A DNA stretch of 32,000 bases, from assembly GCF_900289195.1 (NCBI RefSeq), contig NZ_OMOH01000005.1:233076-265075 (forward strand), written 5' to 3'. Origin of the DNA: Propionibacterium ruminifibrarum. GTDB lineage: Bacteria > Actinomycetota > Actinomycetes > Propionibacteriales > Propionibacteriaceae. The translations under genes were made by a program, and so were the position numbers. The notes under the pieces were generated by a model. That model was not told where the DNA came from. It made no database searches and saw nothing but the letters and a program-made list of their open reading frames with translations. Positions 1 through 10,065 of this stretch are shown piece by piece. Position 1 is the stretch's first letter. Each line of letters starts with the position of its first letter.

Positions 1-263
1 ATGCAGCGGCCGTTGACGAGGATCTCGTCGCATGCCGCGCAGATCGTGTCGGCGATGTCGGCCTGGATCGACTGCAGCTCCTTGTTCGCCAGCGCCGTGG
101 CCTTCTTCACCTGGACCATGCCCCGGATGAACTCGGGTTCGTCGTTCATGCATCCGGCGGAGATGTTGAAGTTCTCCAGCGCTCGAACCGTGTGGATGCC
201 GTAGTAGTTCTCGTCCGGTACCTCTCGCTGACCCAGTAGATCCTCTTCGATGCGGGTGGTCAT
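1..263 (-). CDS. aspA: Aspartate ammonia-lyase, N-terminal part (gene runs off the window start)
   Basis: Reverse-strand ATG at 263-261 preceded by AAGGAG. Translation [64 protein letters not shown] matches the conserved aspartase N-terminus (EEDLLG.REVP..YYG..T.RA.ENF). Absent from the ORF track because it is truncated by the window edge. Confidence 0.8.
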   Translation of the reverse strand, partial: MTTRIEEDLLGQREVPDENYYGIHTVRALENFNISAGCMNDEPEFIRGMVQVKKATALANKELQSIQADIADTICAACDEILVNGRC

Positions 264-333
264 GATCGTCTCTCCTTGATGTGCAGGACACGGAACAACG
301 CGGATGGCCGAAGACCCCGACATCAGCGTCGGG

Positions 334-363
334 ATACCAGTGGTCTGTCCGGTATGACCATAT
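334..363. promoter_or_regulatory. Candidate GntR/FadR-type operator (interleaved inverted repeats with TGGT/ACCA half-sites) in the aspA-gntR divergent region
   Basis: ATACCAGTGGTCTGTCCGGTATGACCATAT contains ATACC(334-338)/GGTAT(351-355) and TGGTC(341-345)/GACCA(356-360). It lies about 70-100 bp upstream of the aspA start. The site assignment is inference only. Confidence 0.3.
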
Positions 364-472
364 AAACCAAGTCGCGTTCCCATGTCAAATCGAGATGTTG
401 ATGAGACACGAAGCAGGCTTCTCAGTGCGGGTTCTTGTTTTATCAGAATCGACTCGGTCAAATTTTGATCGG

Positions 473-485
473 TTGTTGTCAACAA
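473..485. promoter_or_regulatory. 13-bp palindrome TTGTTGTCAACAA, candidate autoregulatory GntR operator
   Basis: Perfect TTGTTG-T-CAACAA palindrome 37 bp upstream of the GntR ATG (522). It fits the loose GntR-family GT-Nx-AC pattern. Confidence 0.3.
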
Positions 486-521
486 TTCGATCGTCGGTGC
501 TGGGGCTGGAAGAATGGGGGC

Positions 522-1247
522 ATGTCCGTTCTCAATGGCGCACCGCTCCGCAAATCAGAGATGCTCGTCCGTGTCTTCGTCGATCGCATCCGGTCGGGGG
601 AGTGGAAGCCGGGTGTGCGGCTGCCCTCCGAACGGGAGCTGGCCCGCCAGTTCCAGGTGAGCCGGACGGCGGTGCGTGAGGCGCTCAAGGCGCTCCAGCT
701 CGCCGGCGAGATCGAGACGCGCCTGGGGGAGGGCAGTTACGTGCTCGAGAACCAGCGCAGTGTCGCCGACGAGGACGCGCTGGTGGGGGCGGGGCAGAGC
801 ATCGTGAGCAGGCTGCAGGCCCGGCAGGCCCTCGAGATCGCCTCCGGCGTGCTGGCCATCAGGAACGCGAGCGAGTCCGACCGCATCAAGTTGAAGGCCG
901 TGCGGGTCGAGCTCTCCGAGGCACTCGAGATCGAGGACTACCAGTGGTACCTGGTCGTCACCTTCGACCTGCACGAACTCATCGCCCGGATCTCGCACAA
1001 CAGCTATCTCGAGGAGGCCACGCGCGAGGTCGTCGAGCCCATGCGCAACGACGAGTGGGCGCTGACCGCGAGCTATGACGCCGAGATGGCCCGCTACTCC
1101 ATCGGGGTGCATCACGCGATGATCGACGCCCTCCTGGCCAACGACGTCGACGCCTTCGTGGAGAGCGTGTCGAGGCACTACGAGGACTACCCGGCGCTGC
1201 GCCACCCGGAGCTGAAACGGCTCCGCGCGCTGTCCGAGGCGGGCTGA
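522..1247 (+). CDS. GntR-family transcriptional regulator (FadR subfamily, FCD-type C-terminal domain)
   Basis: Winged-HTH motif [41 protein letters not shown], followed by an all-helical C-terminal domain. I chose the ATG at 522 (MSVLNGAP, purine-rich GGAAGAATGGGGG upstream) over the track start at 435. Confidence 0.85.
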   Translation: MSVLNGAPLRKSEMLVRVFVDRIRSGEWKPGVRLPSERELARQFQVSRTAVREALKALQLAGEIETRLGEGSYVLENQRSVADEDALVGAGQSIVSRLQARQALEIASGVLAIRNASESDRIKLKAVRVELSEALEIEDYQWYLVVTFDLHELIARISHNSYLEEATREVVEPMRNDEWALTASYDAEMARYSIGVHHAMIDALLANDVDAFVESVSRHYEDYPALRHPELKRLRALSEAG

Positions 1248-1274
1248 CCGACCCTCGGCGACGATCTGTTCAAC

Positions 1275-1320
1275 GAGGGGTGGGGCTCGGGGAACCATGG
1301 TTCCCCGAGCCCCACCCCTC
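1275..1320. terminator. Perfect 46-bp palindrome (23-bp arms); bidirectional intrinsic-terminator-like hairpin between convergent gntR and fumC
   Basis: GAGGGGTGGGGCTCGGGGAACCA/TGGTTCCCCGAGCCCCACCCCTC is its own reverse complement (checked base by base). It is centred between the stops at 1247 and 1335. Confidence 0.7.
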
Positions 1321-1334
1321 GGAACTGGTGCCGG

Positions 1335-2759
<1,425 letters not shown>

Positions 2760-2889
2760 GGGCCCAGCCTAGCGGTGCGGGGCGGCGCCGTCGGCGGCCC
2801 CACCGGATTCCCGGGGCCGATGGGGAGGACGTCATCCCCGGAGACGTTCTCACCTGTCCCGGCGCGGGCGAGCGGGCCGGATCACCGCG

Positions 2890-3849
2890 TCACACGGCGC
2901 TGGGTGCCGGGCGGCCGGCGAGCACCGCCAGCACGTTCTCGACGGCGAGATCGCCCATCGCCGTGCGGGTCTCGATGGTCGCCGAACCCAGGTGGGGCAG
3001 CAGGACGACGTTCTCCAGGCCCAACAGCGCCGGATGGACCTGTGGTTCGTTCTCGTAGACGTCCAGGCCGGCGCCTCCCAGGTGGCCGCTGGCCAGGGCC
3101 GCGGCGAGCGCCTCCTCGTCGATGCAGGCGCCGCGAGCCGTGTTGATGACATAGCTGCCGGGCCGCATGGCCGCGATGCGCTCGGCGTTGAGGATGTGAC
3201 GGGTCTCCTCGGTGAGTGGGCAGTGCAGGCTGATGACGTCGCAGCCGGCGACGAGCTCGTCGAGCGGCATGCCGGTGGCCGCCAGTTCGCCGGCCGCGGG
3301 CTCGCGCATGGGGTGCTCGTCCGCGTAGGCGATGGTCATGCCGAAGGCCTTGCAGCGGCGGGCCATGGCGGTGCCTATCTGGCCCGCCCCGATCAGGCCG
3401 ATGGTCTTCCCCTCGATCGAGTGGCCGAGCATGAAGGTGGTGCGGTAGCGCCAGGGCCGCCCGGCGCGGATGAGGCGTTCCCCCTCGCCGAGTCGGCGGG
3501 TGACCATCAGGAGCAGGCCGAAGGCGATGTCGGCGGTGGCGTCGAAGAGCACACCAGGGGTGTTCGTCACGACGACACCGCGGGCCCGGCAGGCGGCCAG
3601 GTCGATGTTGTTGTACCCGGCGGCCACGTTGGCGACGATCCTCAGCTGGGGGCCGGCCGCATCGAGGAATTCCTCGTCGACCCCGTCGGACAACACGGTC
3701 AGCACGGCGTCGGCACCGGCGACCAGGTCGAGCAGTTCACTGCGGCCCGGGGGCAGGTCGCCGTCCCAGACCGCGACCTCGTGCCCAGCCGCGCGCAGCG
3801 TGGTGACGGCGGCCTCGGGGATCGCGTCGGTGATGCAGATTCGCGCCAT
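2890..3849 (-). CDS. D-isomer-specific 2-hydroxyacid dehydrogenase (glyoxylate/hydroxypyruvate reductase-like)
   Basis: NAD-binding GLIGAGQIGTAMARR, plus INTARG, GAGLDVYENEP and LLPHLGSAT motifs. I start at MARICITD (ATG 3849). The 75-codon upstream extension in the track has off-frame-like composition and would abut the fdxA start. ATG 3861 is an alternative start. Confidence 0.85.
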   Translation of the reverse strand: MARICITDAIPEAAVTTLRAAGHEVAVWDGDLPPGRSELLDLVAGADAVLTVLSDGVDEEFLDAAGPQLRIVANVAAGYNNIDLAACRARGVVVTNTPGVLFDATADIAFGLLLMVTRRLGEGERLIRAGRPWRYRTTFMLGHSIEGKTIGLIGAGQIGTAMARRCKAFGMTIAYADEHPMREPAAGELAATGMPLDELVAGCDVISLHCPLTEETRHILNAERIAAMRPGSYVINTARGACIDEEALAAALASGHLGGAGLDVYENEPQVHPALLGLENVVLLPHLGSATIETRTAMGDLAVENVLAVLAGRPAPSAV

Positions 3850-4072
3850 TGGAGCCCCCATCGGTGGTTGGTCCTGCCGGCATGCTACTAGAGGTCCCAG
3901 GGGCGAGAAAATGAGGTTAGGCTCATCCTCACGGCGCCAGAAAACGTTCCGAGAGGGCTGCTCACCGCTGATTTTCGCGGCCCGGGAATCACCCGCGGGC
4001 ACGGTAGAGTTGGCGGCGACGACCGCCGGTGTGGCGGCGTCCTCATCATTGTTGACCGTTTCAGGAGCCGTC

Positions 4073-4390
4073 ATGACTTACGTCATCTCCTTGCCCTGCG
4101 TGGACGTCAAGGACAAGGCCTGCGTCGAGGAGTGCCCCGTGGACTGCATCTACGAGGGTGACCGCACGCTGTACATCAACCCTGAGGAATGCGTCGACTG
4201 CGGTGCGTGCGAGCCGGTGTGTCCCACCGAGGCGATCTACTACGAGGATGACCTGCCCGACGACATGACCGAGTGGCTCGACATCAACGCGAACTTCTTC
4301 GCCGAACTCGGCTCCCCCGGAGGCGCCGCGCGCCTCGGCAAGCAGGATTTCGACGAACCGACGGTGGCCGCGCTGCCGCCCCAGGCCTGA
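4073..4390 (+). CDS. fdxA: 7Fe ferredoxin ([3Fe-4S][4Fe-4S] type)
   Basis: MTYVISLPCVDVKDKACVEECPVDCIYEGDRTLYINPEECVDCGACEPVCPTEAIYYEDD is the classical actinobacterial FdxA/FdxC sequence. CAGGAG RBS 6 nt upstream. Confidence 0.9.
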   Translation: MTYVISLPCVDVKDKACVEECPVDCIYEGDRTLYINPEECVDCGACEPVCPTEAIYYEDDLPDDMTEWLDINANFFAELGSPGGAARLGKQDFDEPTVAALPPQA

Positions 4391-5481
4391 TGAGCCTCTC
4401 GCAGACGCTGCCCGCATTCCCGTGGGACTCGTTGGCCAAGGCGAAGGCCTTGGCCAACTCCCATGAGGGGGGCATCGTCGACGTGTCCGTCGGCACGCCA
4501 GTCGACCCGACGCCGCGGATCGTCCGGGAGGCCCTCGAGTCCGCGTCACAGGCCCCCGGGTATCCCACGGTGTGGGGCACACCGTCGCTGCGCGCGGCCA
4601 TCATCTCCTACTTCCAGGACCGCTGGTCCAGCACCGCGCTGGATGAGCACAACGTGACGACCGCCGTCGGCACGAAGGAGTTCGTCGCCTGGCTGCCCAC
4701 GCTCCTGGCCTTCGGCCCCGGCGACACGGTCGTCCTGCCCCGGGTCGCGTACCCCACCTACGAGGTGGGGGCTCTCATGGCCGGTGCCGCGGTCCAGCGC
4801 TGCGACGATCCGGACCAGGTCGAGGGCTCCCCGCGACTCATCTGGGTCAACTCCCCGGCCAACCCGCACGGCGCCATCGCCTCGCTCGACCTGCTGCGCC
4901 GGTGGGTCCGGTTCGCCCGGGAGCACGACGCGGTCCTGGCGGCCGACGAGTGCTACGCCGAGTTCGCCTACGACGCACCCGCCCACTCGGTGCTCAGCCC
5001 TGCGGTGAACGACGGTGACATCACGGGGCTGCTCGCGGTGCACTCGCTGTCGAAACGCTCCAACATGGCCGGCTACCGGGCGGGTTTCGTCGGCGGCGAC
5101 GCCGCCCTCGTCGACGAGCTCACCGCCGTGCGCAAGCACCTGGGCATGATGGTCCCCTCTCCCGTCCAAGCGGCCATGGTGGCGGCTCTCGGCGATCAGC
5201 GGCACGTCGATGAGCAGCGAGCCCGCTATGCCGCCCGCCGCGCCAGGATGCGTGCCGCGCTCGAGCAGGCGGGCTTCCGCATCGACCACTCGGAGGGCTC
5301 GCTCTACCTGTGGGCCACCCAGGACCGGCCCGGCCGGGAGAGCATCGACTGGCTGGCCGAACGCGGCATCCTGGCCGCACCCGGGGATTTCTACGGGCCC
5401 CACGCCACCGACCACGTGCGCATCTCGATGACCGCGACCGACGAGCGTATCGCCGCCGCGGTGGAGCGCCTGACCCGCTGA
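4390..5481 (+). CDS. dapC: Class I/II aminotransferase, probable N-succinyldiaminopimelate aminotransferase
   Basis: Start MSLSQTLPAFPWDSL overlaps the fdxA stop (TGATG). PLP-lysine region SLSKRSNMAGYRAG. The fdxA-aminotransferase pairing is conserved in actinobacteria (the Rv1177-Rv1178 arrangement as I recall it). Confidence 0.75.
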   Translation: MSLSQTLPAFPWDSLAKAKALANSHEGGIVDVSVGTPVDPTPRIVREALESASQAPGYPTVWGTPSLRAAIISYFQDRWSSTALDEHNVTTAVGTKEFVAWLPTLLAFGPGDTVVLPRVAYPTYEVGALMAGAAVQRCDDPDQVEGSPRLIWVNSPANPHGAIASLDLLRRWVRFAREHDAVLAADECYAEFAYDAPAHSVLSPAVNDGDITGLLAVHSLSKRSNMAGYRAGFVGGDAALVDELTAVRKHLGMMVPSPVQAAMVAALGDQRHVDEQRARYAARRARMRAALEQAGFRIDHSEGSLYLWATQDRPGRESIDWLAERGILAAPGDFYGPHATDHVRISMTATDERIAAAVERLTR

Positions 5482-5586
5482 CCGCCCGTCCCGGTGGGTC
5501 CCTCCGCCGCGTGTCGTGTCCCCGGCGCGGCGTGCCGGCCGCCTTCTCCAGCCGCCTGGGCACGGCCGGCCGGGGGTGTTCGCGGC

Positions 5587-6420
5587 TCAGGTGCGCAGCG
5601 TGGCGACGACCTGCGTCGCATCGGATGCGGTGTCGCCCTGCCAGCCGGCCCGTTCGGTGCTGCTGTTCGTCCACGTGGCCTGCCCCGCCTGAAGGCCCGT
5701 CAGGCCGGCGGCCGAGCCGCGGCACATGAGGAGCTGGGCGAGACTCCAGCCCTGGCGGGAGTCGGGCGCCGTGAAGGTGAGCGTGGTGCCCTCCCTGGCG
5801 GCGCCGACCGCAGAGCCCCAGACGGTGTCGACGAACTCCATGAGCGAGTCCGCGTCGGTGCCGGCCTCGGCGCGGTCGACGAGGGTGACGGCGGCCTCGT
5901 CATAGCCGTACAGGGCACTGGCCCAGATGCGGCCGGCGTCCTCGTGCTGGGCGTAGCCATCGGGCACACCGGAGCGCTGCACGCTCTGGGCCACGTCGTT
6001 GATGTCGCCGCTGTCCCAGCCCTCGACCTGCACGAGGGCGTCGTAGAAGGCTCCGGAGGAGTACCACGGATCCATGATCTGCTCCTCGGAGCCCCAGCCC
6101 TGGCTGGCGCGCTGCTGGAACAGGCCCAGCGAGTCCCGGTCGCCGTAGTCGATGTTGTAGAGCCTCGATTCCTGGAGCGCCGTGGCGAGGGCGATCGTGG
6201 CGGCCCGGGCCCTGAGACCCCGGCGGATCGCCTCACCGACGATGATCGCCGCGTTGGCGGCCTGGTCGAGGTCGAGCAGATCGGTGAGCCCACCGGCGCT
6301 CGCCTGGGCCCCCTGTTCCGGCAGGATCGTCTCGGAGCCTCCGGAACAGGCCGCCAGCGTCAACCCGAGCGCCCCGGCACCGAGACCGGCGAACAGCCCC
6401 CGGCGGGTCAGGGTCGTCAT
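5587..6420 (-). CDS. Tat-signal lipoprotein, conserved hypothetical with an SLT/lysozyme-like motif
   Basis: MTTLTRRGLFAGLGAGALGLTLAAC gives a twin-arginine motif plus a lipobox Cys. The internal ALQESRLYNIDYGDRDSLGLFQQR resembles a lytic-transglycosylase catalytic region (weak call). The start lies 5 bp after the dapD stop. The long upstream extension in the track overlaps dapD and is rejected. Confidence 0.7.
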   Translation of the reverse strand: MTTLTRRGLFAGLGAGALGLTLAACSGGSETILPEQGAQASAGGLTDLLDLDQAANAAIIVGEAIRRGLRARAATIALATALQESRLYNIDYGDRDSLGLFQQRASQGWGSEEQIMDPWYSSGAFYDALVQVEGWDSGDINDVAQSVQRSGVPDGYAQHEDAGRIWASALYGYDEAAVTLVDRAEAGTDADSLMEFVDTVWGSAVGAAREGTTLTFTAPDSRQGWSLAQLLMCRGSAAGLTGLQAGQATWTNSSTERAGWQGDTASDATQVVATLRT

Positions 6421-6425
6421 CGACG

Positions 6426-7352
6426 TCAGTTCTCGTGGAGGGCCGCGTTGAGCTCGATCTGCTGCCCGGCGCGGGCGACGACGCGCACCGCGCCGGAGAC
6501 CGAGTCGCGGATGAACAGCATGTTGGAGCCGCCGGACAGTTCGCGGGCCTTGACCTGCGTCCCGTCGGGCATCGACACCTTGGTGCCGGCGGTGATGTAC
6601 AGGCCGGCCTCGATGACGCAGTTGTCGCCCAGCGCGATGCCGCACCCGGACTCGGCGCCCAGCAGGCACCCCTTGCCGATACGCACCCGTTCGGTGCCGC
6701 CCCCCGACAGCGTGCCCATCGTCGAGGCGCCGCCCCCGATGTCCGAACCGGCGTCGACGACGACGCCCTGCGAGATACGCCCCTCGATCATCGAGTCGCC
6801 CAGGGTGCCGGCGTTGAAGTTCACGAAACCCTCGTGCATGACCGTGGTGCCCTCGGCCAGGTGGGCGCCCAACCGGATGCGGTCGGCGTCGCCGATACGC
6901 ACCCCCGAGGGGATGACGTAGTCGACCATGCGCGGGAACTTGTCGACGCTCGTGACGACCAGTGAGCCGCGATCGGCCAGCAGGGCACGGCGGATCTGGT
7001 CGAAGTCCGTCGGCGAGCAGGGGCCGGCACTGGTCCACACCACGTTCGGCAGGACCGCGAAGATGCCGTCGAGGTTGATGCTGTTGGGAACGGCCAGACG
7101 GCTGCTCAGCAGGTGCAGACGCAGATAGGCGTCACTCACGTCGGCCGGTGCAGCGTCGAGGTCGATGACGCAGCGACGTACCCGGCAGCTCACGTGGCGC
7201 AGCTCGTCGCGGGTCTCGACGAGGTGATCCGGGGCCGGTTCGTCGGAGGGTTCGCCGAGGGCGGGCGAGGGGAACCAGGTGTCGAGCGTCTGGCCGGAGT
7301 CGTGCACGGTGGCCAGACCCCAGCCCCAGGCGGTACGAGTTGCGTCAGTCAT
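6426..7352 (-). CDS. dapD: 2,3,4,5-tetrahydropyridine-2,6-dicarboxylate N-succinyltransferase
   Basis: Left-handed beta-helix hexapeptide repeats ([36 protein letters not shown]...[20 protein letters not shown]). Actinobacterial long-form DapD, divergent from dapE. Start MTDATRT (ATG 7352). Confidence 0.9.
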   Translation of the reverse strand: MTDATRTAWGWGLATVHDSGQTLDTWFPSPALGEPSDEPAPDHLVETRDELRHVSCRVRRCVIDLDAAPADVSDAYLRLHLLSSRLAVPNSINLDGIFAVLPNVVWTSAGPCSPTDFDQIRRALLADRGSLVVTSVDKFPRMVDYVIPSGVRIGDADRIRLGAHLAEGTTVMHEGFVNFNAGTLGDSMIEGRISQGVVVDAGSDIGGGASTMGTLSGGGTERVRIGKGCLLGAESGCGIALGDNCVIEAGLYITAGTKVSMPDGTQVKARELSGGSNMLFIRDSVSGAVRVVARAGQQIELNAALHEN

Positions 7353-7480
7353 GGCGACAAGACTACTGGTGGGCGGCGCGATACCCCGGCATGACAGGTG
7401 GCCCGGGTGATGTGAGGATTGAGCGGCCCGGCCGGGATTCGGCGCCGCCGTGATGATCACCGGGCGCATCGGGGGCGATC

Positions 7481-8602
7481 ATGGCTAGGCTTCAGCTCAT
7501 GACCGCGTACAAGGAGGAGCTCGCCCTCACTGACCTTCATGCCCTGTTCCGCCAGATCGTCGACGTCGAATCCGTCAGCGGCCGGGAGCACCACCTGGCC
7601 GATCTGGTCGAGCAGGCCCTGAGCGGCTGCCCGCACCTCGAGGTGCTGCGCCAGGGAAACACCATCGTGGCCCGCACCGACCTGGGCCGCAGTCAGCGCG
7701 TCATCATCGCCGGACACCTCGACACCGTTCCGGTGGCCGGTAACCTGCCCAGCCGCCTGGAGGAGCGCGACGGGCGGGCATTCCTCGTCGGACGCGGCAC
7801 CGCCGACATGAAGGGTGGTGTCGCCGTGGCCCTGCACCTGGCGCACGCCCTCACGACCCCGGTGCACGATGTCACCTGGGTCTTCTACGAGTGCGAGGAG
7901 ATCGAGGCCACGGCGAATGGTCTGGGCCGAGTCGCCCAGACCCACCCGGACTGGCTCGCCGGGGACTTCGCCGTCCTCATGGAACCAACCGGCGCCCGTA
8001 TCGAGGGCGGCTGCCAGGGCACCACCCGGTTCAGGCTGACCACCCACGGCACCGCCGCCCACTCGGCCCGAAGCTGGCTCGGCCACAACGCCATTCACGA
8101 GCTCACCGATCTGCTGGAGACCATCCGTGCATACCCGGTGCGCGAGGCCGTCGAGGTCGAGGGCCTCGTCTTCAGGGAGGGCCTGAACGCCACGATCGTC
8201 AGCGGAGGCGTCGCCGGCAATGTCATCCCCGACACCGCCGAGCTGTACGTCAACTACCGCTTCGCGCCCGACCTGGCGGCCGACGACGCCATAGCGGCCA
8301 TGCGCCGGGCCTTCGAACGTCCCGGCGTCGACTTCGAGGTGCTCGACCTGTCGCCCGGGGCACGCCCGGGCCTCGACCGCCCAGCGGCTCGGGAGTTCTG
8401 CGCGGCCGTCGGCGGCGAGCCCCGACCCAAGTACGGCTGGACCGATGTGGCCCGTTTCTCGGCCCTCGGCGTGCCGGCCGTCAACTACGGCCCGGCCGAC
8501 GCCGGCAAGGCCCACGCCGACGATGAGTGCTGCCCGCTCGACGACCTCGACGCCACGAGGGACGCCCTCATCACCTGGCTCACCCCCGAGGAGCGCTCAT
8601 GA
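7481..8602 (+). CDS. dapE: Succinyl-diaminopimelate desuccinylase (M20 peptidase)
   Basis: M20 motifs IIAGHLDTVP and GRGTADMKGG, plus conserved dapD/dapE divergent synteny. ATG 7499 is an alternative start. Confidence 0.9.
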   Translation: MARLQLMTAYKEELALTDLHALFRQIVDVESVSGREHHLADLVEQALSGCPHLEVLRQGNTIVARTDLGRSQRVIIAGHLDTVPVAGNLPSRLEERDGRAFLVGRGTADMKGGVAVALHLAHALTTPVHDVTWVFYECEEIEATANGLGRVAQTHPDWLAGDFAVLMEPTGARIEGGCQGTTRFRLTTHGTAAHSARSWLGHNAIHELTDLLETIRAYPVREAVEVEGLVFREGLNATIVSGGVAGNVIPDTAELYVNYRFAPDLAADDAIAAMRRAFERPGVDFEVLDLSPGARPGLDRPAAREFCAAVGGEPRPKYGWTDVARFSALGVPAVNYGPADAGKAHADDECCPLDDLDATRDALITWLTPEERS

Positions 8603-9333
8603 CAAACCAGCCCCACCCGTCGTCCCCGCAGATGACGTCCGGCCCAGTCATCCGCCGCGGTGGCCAGGCCATGGGACCCACCACCGACCAGCGCCTGCTC
8701 GACACCCGGCATGGCCAGAAGAACGACGATCCCTGGCGGGTGCTGCGCATCCAGGCCGAGTTCGTCGAGGGTTTCGGTGCGCTCGACGAACTCGGCCCGG
8801 CCGTCTCGATGTTCGGTTCGGCCCGCGCCGGCGAGGACACCCCCGAGTACGCGCAGGCGGAGTACATGGCCAGGGAGCTCGTGAGCAGGGGGCTGGCCGT
8901 CATCACGGGCGGCGGTCCCGGCATCATGGAGGCCGCCAACAGGGGGGCCCACGAGGCCGGCGGGTGCTCGGTCGGTCTGGGTATCGAACTGCCCTTCGAA
9001 CAGGCCATGAACCAGTACGTGAACCTGGGGGTCAACTTCCGGTACTTCTTCGCCCGAAAGGTGATGTTCCTCAAGTACGCGCAGGGATTCATCGCCATGC
9101 CCGGAGGTTTCGGCACCTTCGACGAACTGTTCGAGGCACTCACCCTCATCCAGACCCGCAAGGTGACGAACTTCCCGGTCGTCCTGTTCGGCTCCGCGTA
9201 CTGGGAGGGCCTGGTCACCTGGCTGCGGACCAACGTCATCGACGGCGGCTACATCAGCCCGGTAGACGTCGACATCTTCCACGTCACCGACGACCCGGAT
9301 GAGGCGGTACGCGTCGTCACGGCACAGATCTGA
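8599..9333 (+). CDS. LOG-family protein (TIGR00730; cytokinin riboside 5'-monophosphate phosphoribohydrolase-like)
   Basis: GGGPGIMEAANRGA and PGGFGTFDELFE (PGGxGTxxE) signatures. The ATG overlaps the dapE stop (ATGA). Confidence 0.85.
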   Translation: MTNQPHPSSPQMTSGPVIRRGGQAMGPTTDQRLLDTRHGQKNDDPWRVLRIQAEFVEGFGALDELGPAVSMFGSARAGEDTPEYAQAEYMARELVSRGLAVITGGGPGIMEAANRGAHEAGGCSVGLGIELPFEQAMNQYVNLGVNFRYFFARKVMFLKYAQGFIAMPGGFGTFDELFEALTLIQTRKVTNFPVVLFGSAYWEGLVTWLRTNVIDGGYISPVDVDIFHVTDDPDEAVRVVTAQI

Positions 9334-9419
9334 GTGCCCGCCGCGCAGCCCGCCCGGCCCGCCGTGGCCCTCCCGCGGGCCCGGCCGTGCCGGTTGCGCG
9401 CCGTCCCTAGGATGGGCGC

Positions 9420-9815
9420 ATGGTCTGGGCTCTGGGAATCCTCGTCGTCGTCATCATCGTGCTCGGGCTGTGGTCCTCGCGCGGCCGTCTCGGTCAGCTC
9501 GGACCGCAGCTGCCGGACCGCCCCGGCCCCGACCTGCCCGACGGTCCGGTACGTGCCGAGGACCTCGACGCCGTGAGGTTCGCCGTTGTCACGCGCGGGT
9601 ACGACATGGAGCAGGTCGATGCCGTGCTCGCCCGTCTCGTCGAGCAGCTGGCTGCCACCGGGGACACCGCTGCGCCCTCGACCCAGTGGCCTGTACCCGA
9701 CGCCCCGCGGACAACAGGTTCGATTTCCACCCGATCCATGGGGGATAATGGGGGCACGAGCACGGCTGGTGGCGTGCAGGACAACCCAGAAGCGAGGAAC
9801 CAATGGCAGCAATGA
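9420..9815 (+). CDS. DivIVA-domain-containing small membrane protein
   Basis: N-terminal TM helix (WALGILVVVIIVLGLW), then the actinobacterial DivIVA-like motif LDAVRFAVVTRGYDMEQVDAVLARLVEQL. The C-terminal tail is low complexity, so the true end is less certain. Confidence 0.6.
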   Translation: MVWALGILVVVIIVLGLWSSRGRLGQLGPQLPDRPGPDLPDGPVRAEDLDAVRFAVVTRGYDMEQVDAVLARLVEQLAATGDTAAPSTQWPVPDAPRTTGSISTRSMGDNGGTSTAGGVQDNPEARNQWQQ

Positions 9816-9970
9816 AGCCACGTACTGGCGATGGCCCGATGGAGGTCACGAAAGAGGGCCGCGGCATCGTGATGCGCGTTCCGGTTGACGGTGGTGGCCG
9901 CTTGGTCGTCGAACTCAACGCGGAGGAAGCAGCCGAACTCCTCGGATGCCTCAAGGGCGTCGTCAGCTGA
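9803..9970 (+). CDS. DUF3117-family small protein (55 aa)
   Basis: MAAMKPRTGDGPMEVTKEGRGIVMRVPVDGGGRLVVELNAEEAAELLGCLKGVVS closely matches the highly conserved actinobacterial DUF3117 sequence. GAGGA RBS at 9793-9797. It is below the ORF-track size cutoff and overlaps the previous ORF by 13 nt. Confidence 0.85.
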   Translation: MAAMKPRTGDGPMEVTKEGRGIVMRVPVDGGGRLVVELNAEEAAELLGCLKGVVS

Positions 9971-10008
9971 CGTCCGGGAACAGGACACACGAAGAAGAAC
10001 AAGCCAGA

Positions 10009-10045
10009 AATCGGGCCCGGCACAACGATGGTGCCGGGCCCGATT
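10009..10045. terminator. Hairpin terminator between the convergent DUF3117 gene and glgA
   Basis: AATCGGGCCCGGCAC-aacgatg-GTGCCGGGCCCGATT: a perfect 15-bp stem with a 7-nt loop, flanked by an A-run on the left side (U-rich for the minus-strand transcript). Confidence 0.6.
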
Positions 10046-10065
10046 CGTGGGCAGCGATCGCGGGG

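Noticed and set aside
3850-4074. 75-codon N-terminal extension of the dehydrogenase ORF
   Set aside because: The homologous family starts at MARICITD. The extension would run right up to the fdxA start codon and lacks conserved features.
6421-7038. Upstream extension of the lipoprotein ORF, and the other large ORFs over dapD (5494-6921 plus, 6435-6965 plus)
   Set aside because: They overlap the well-supported dapD frame. The signal peptide of the lipoprotein starts at 6420.
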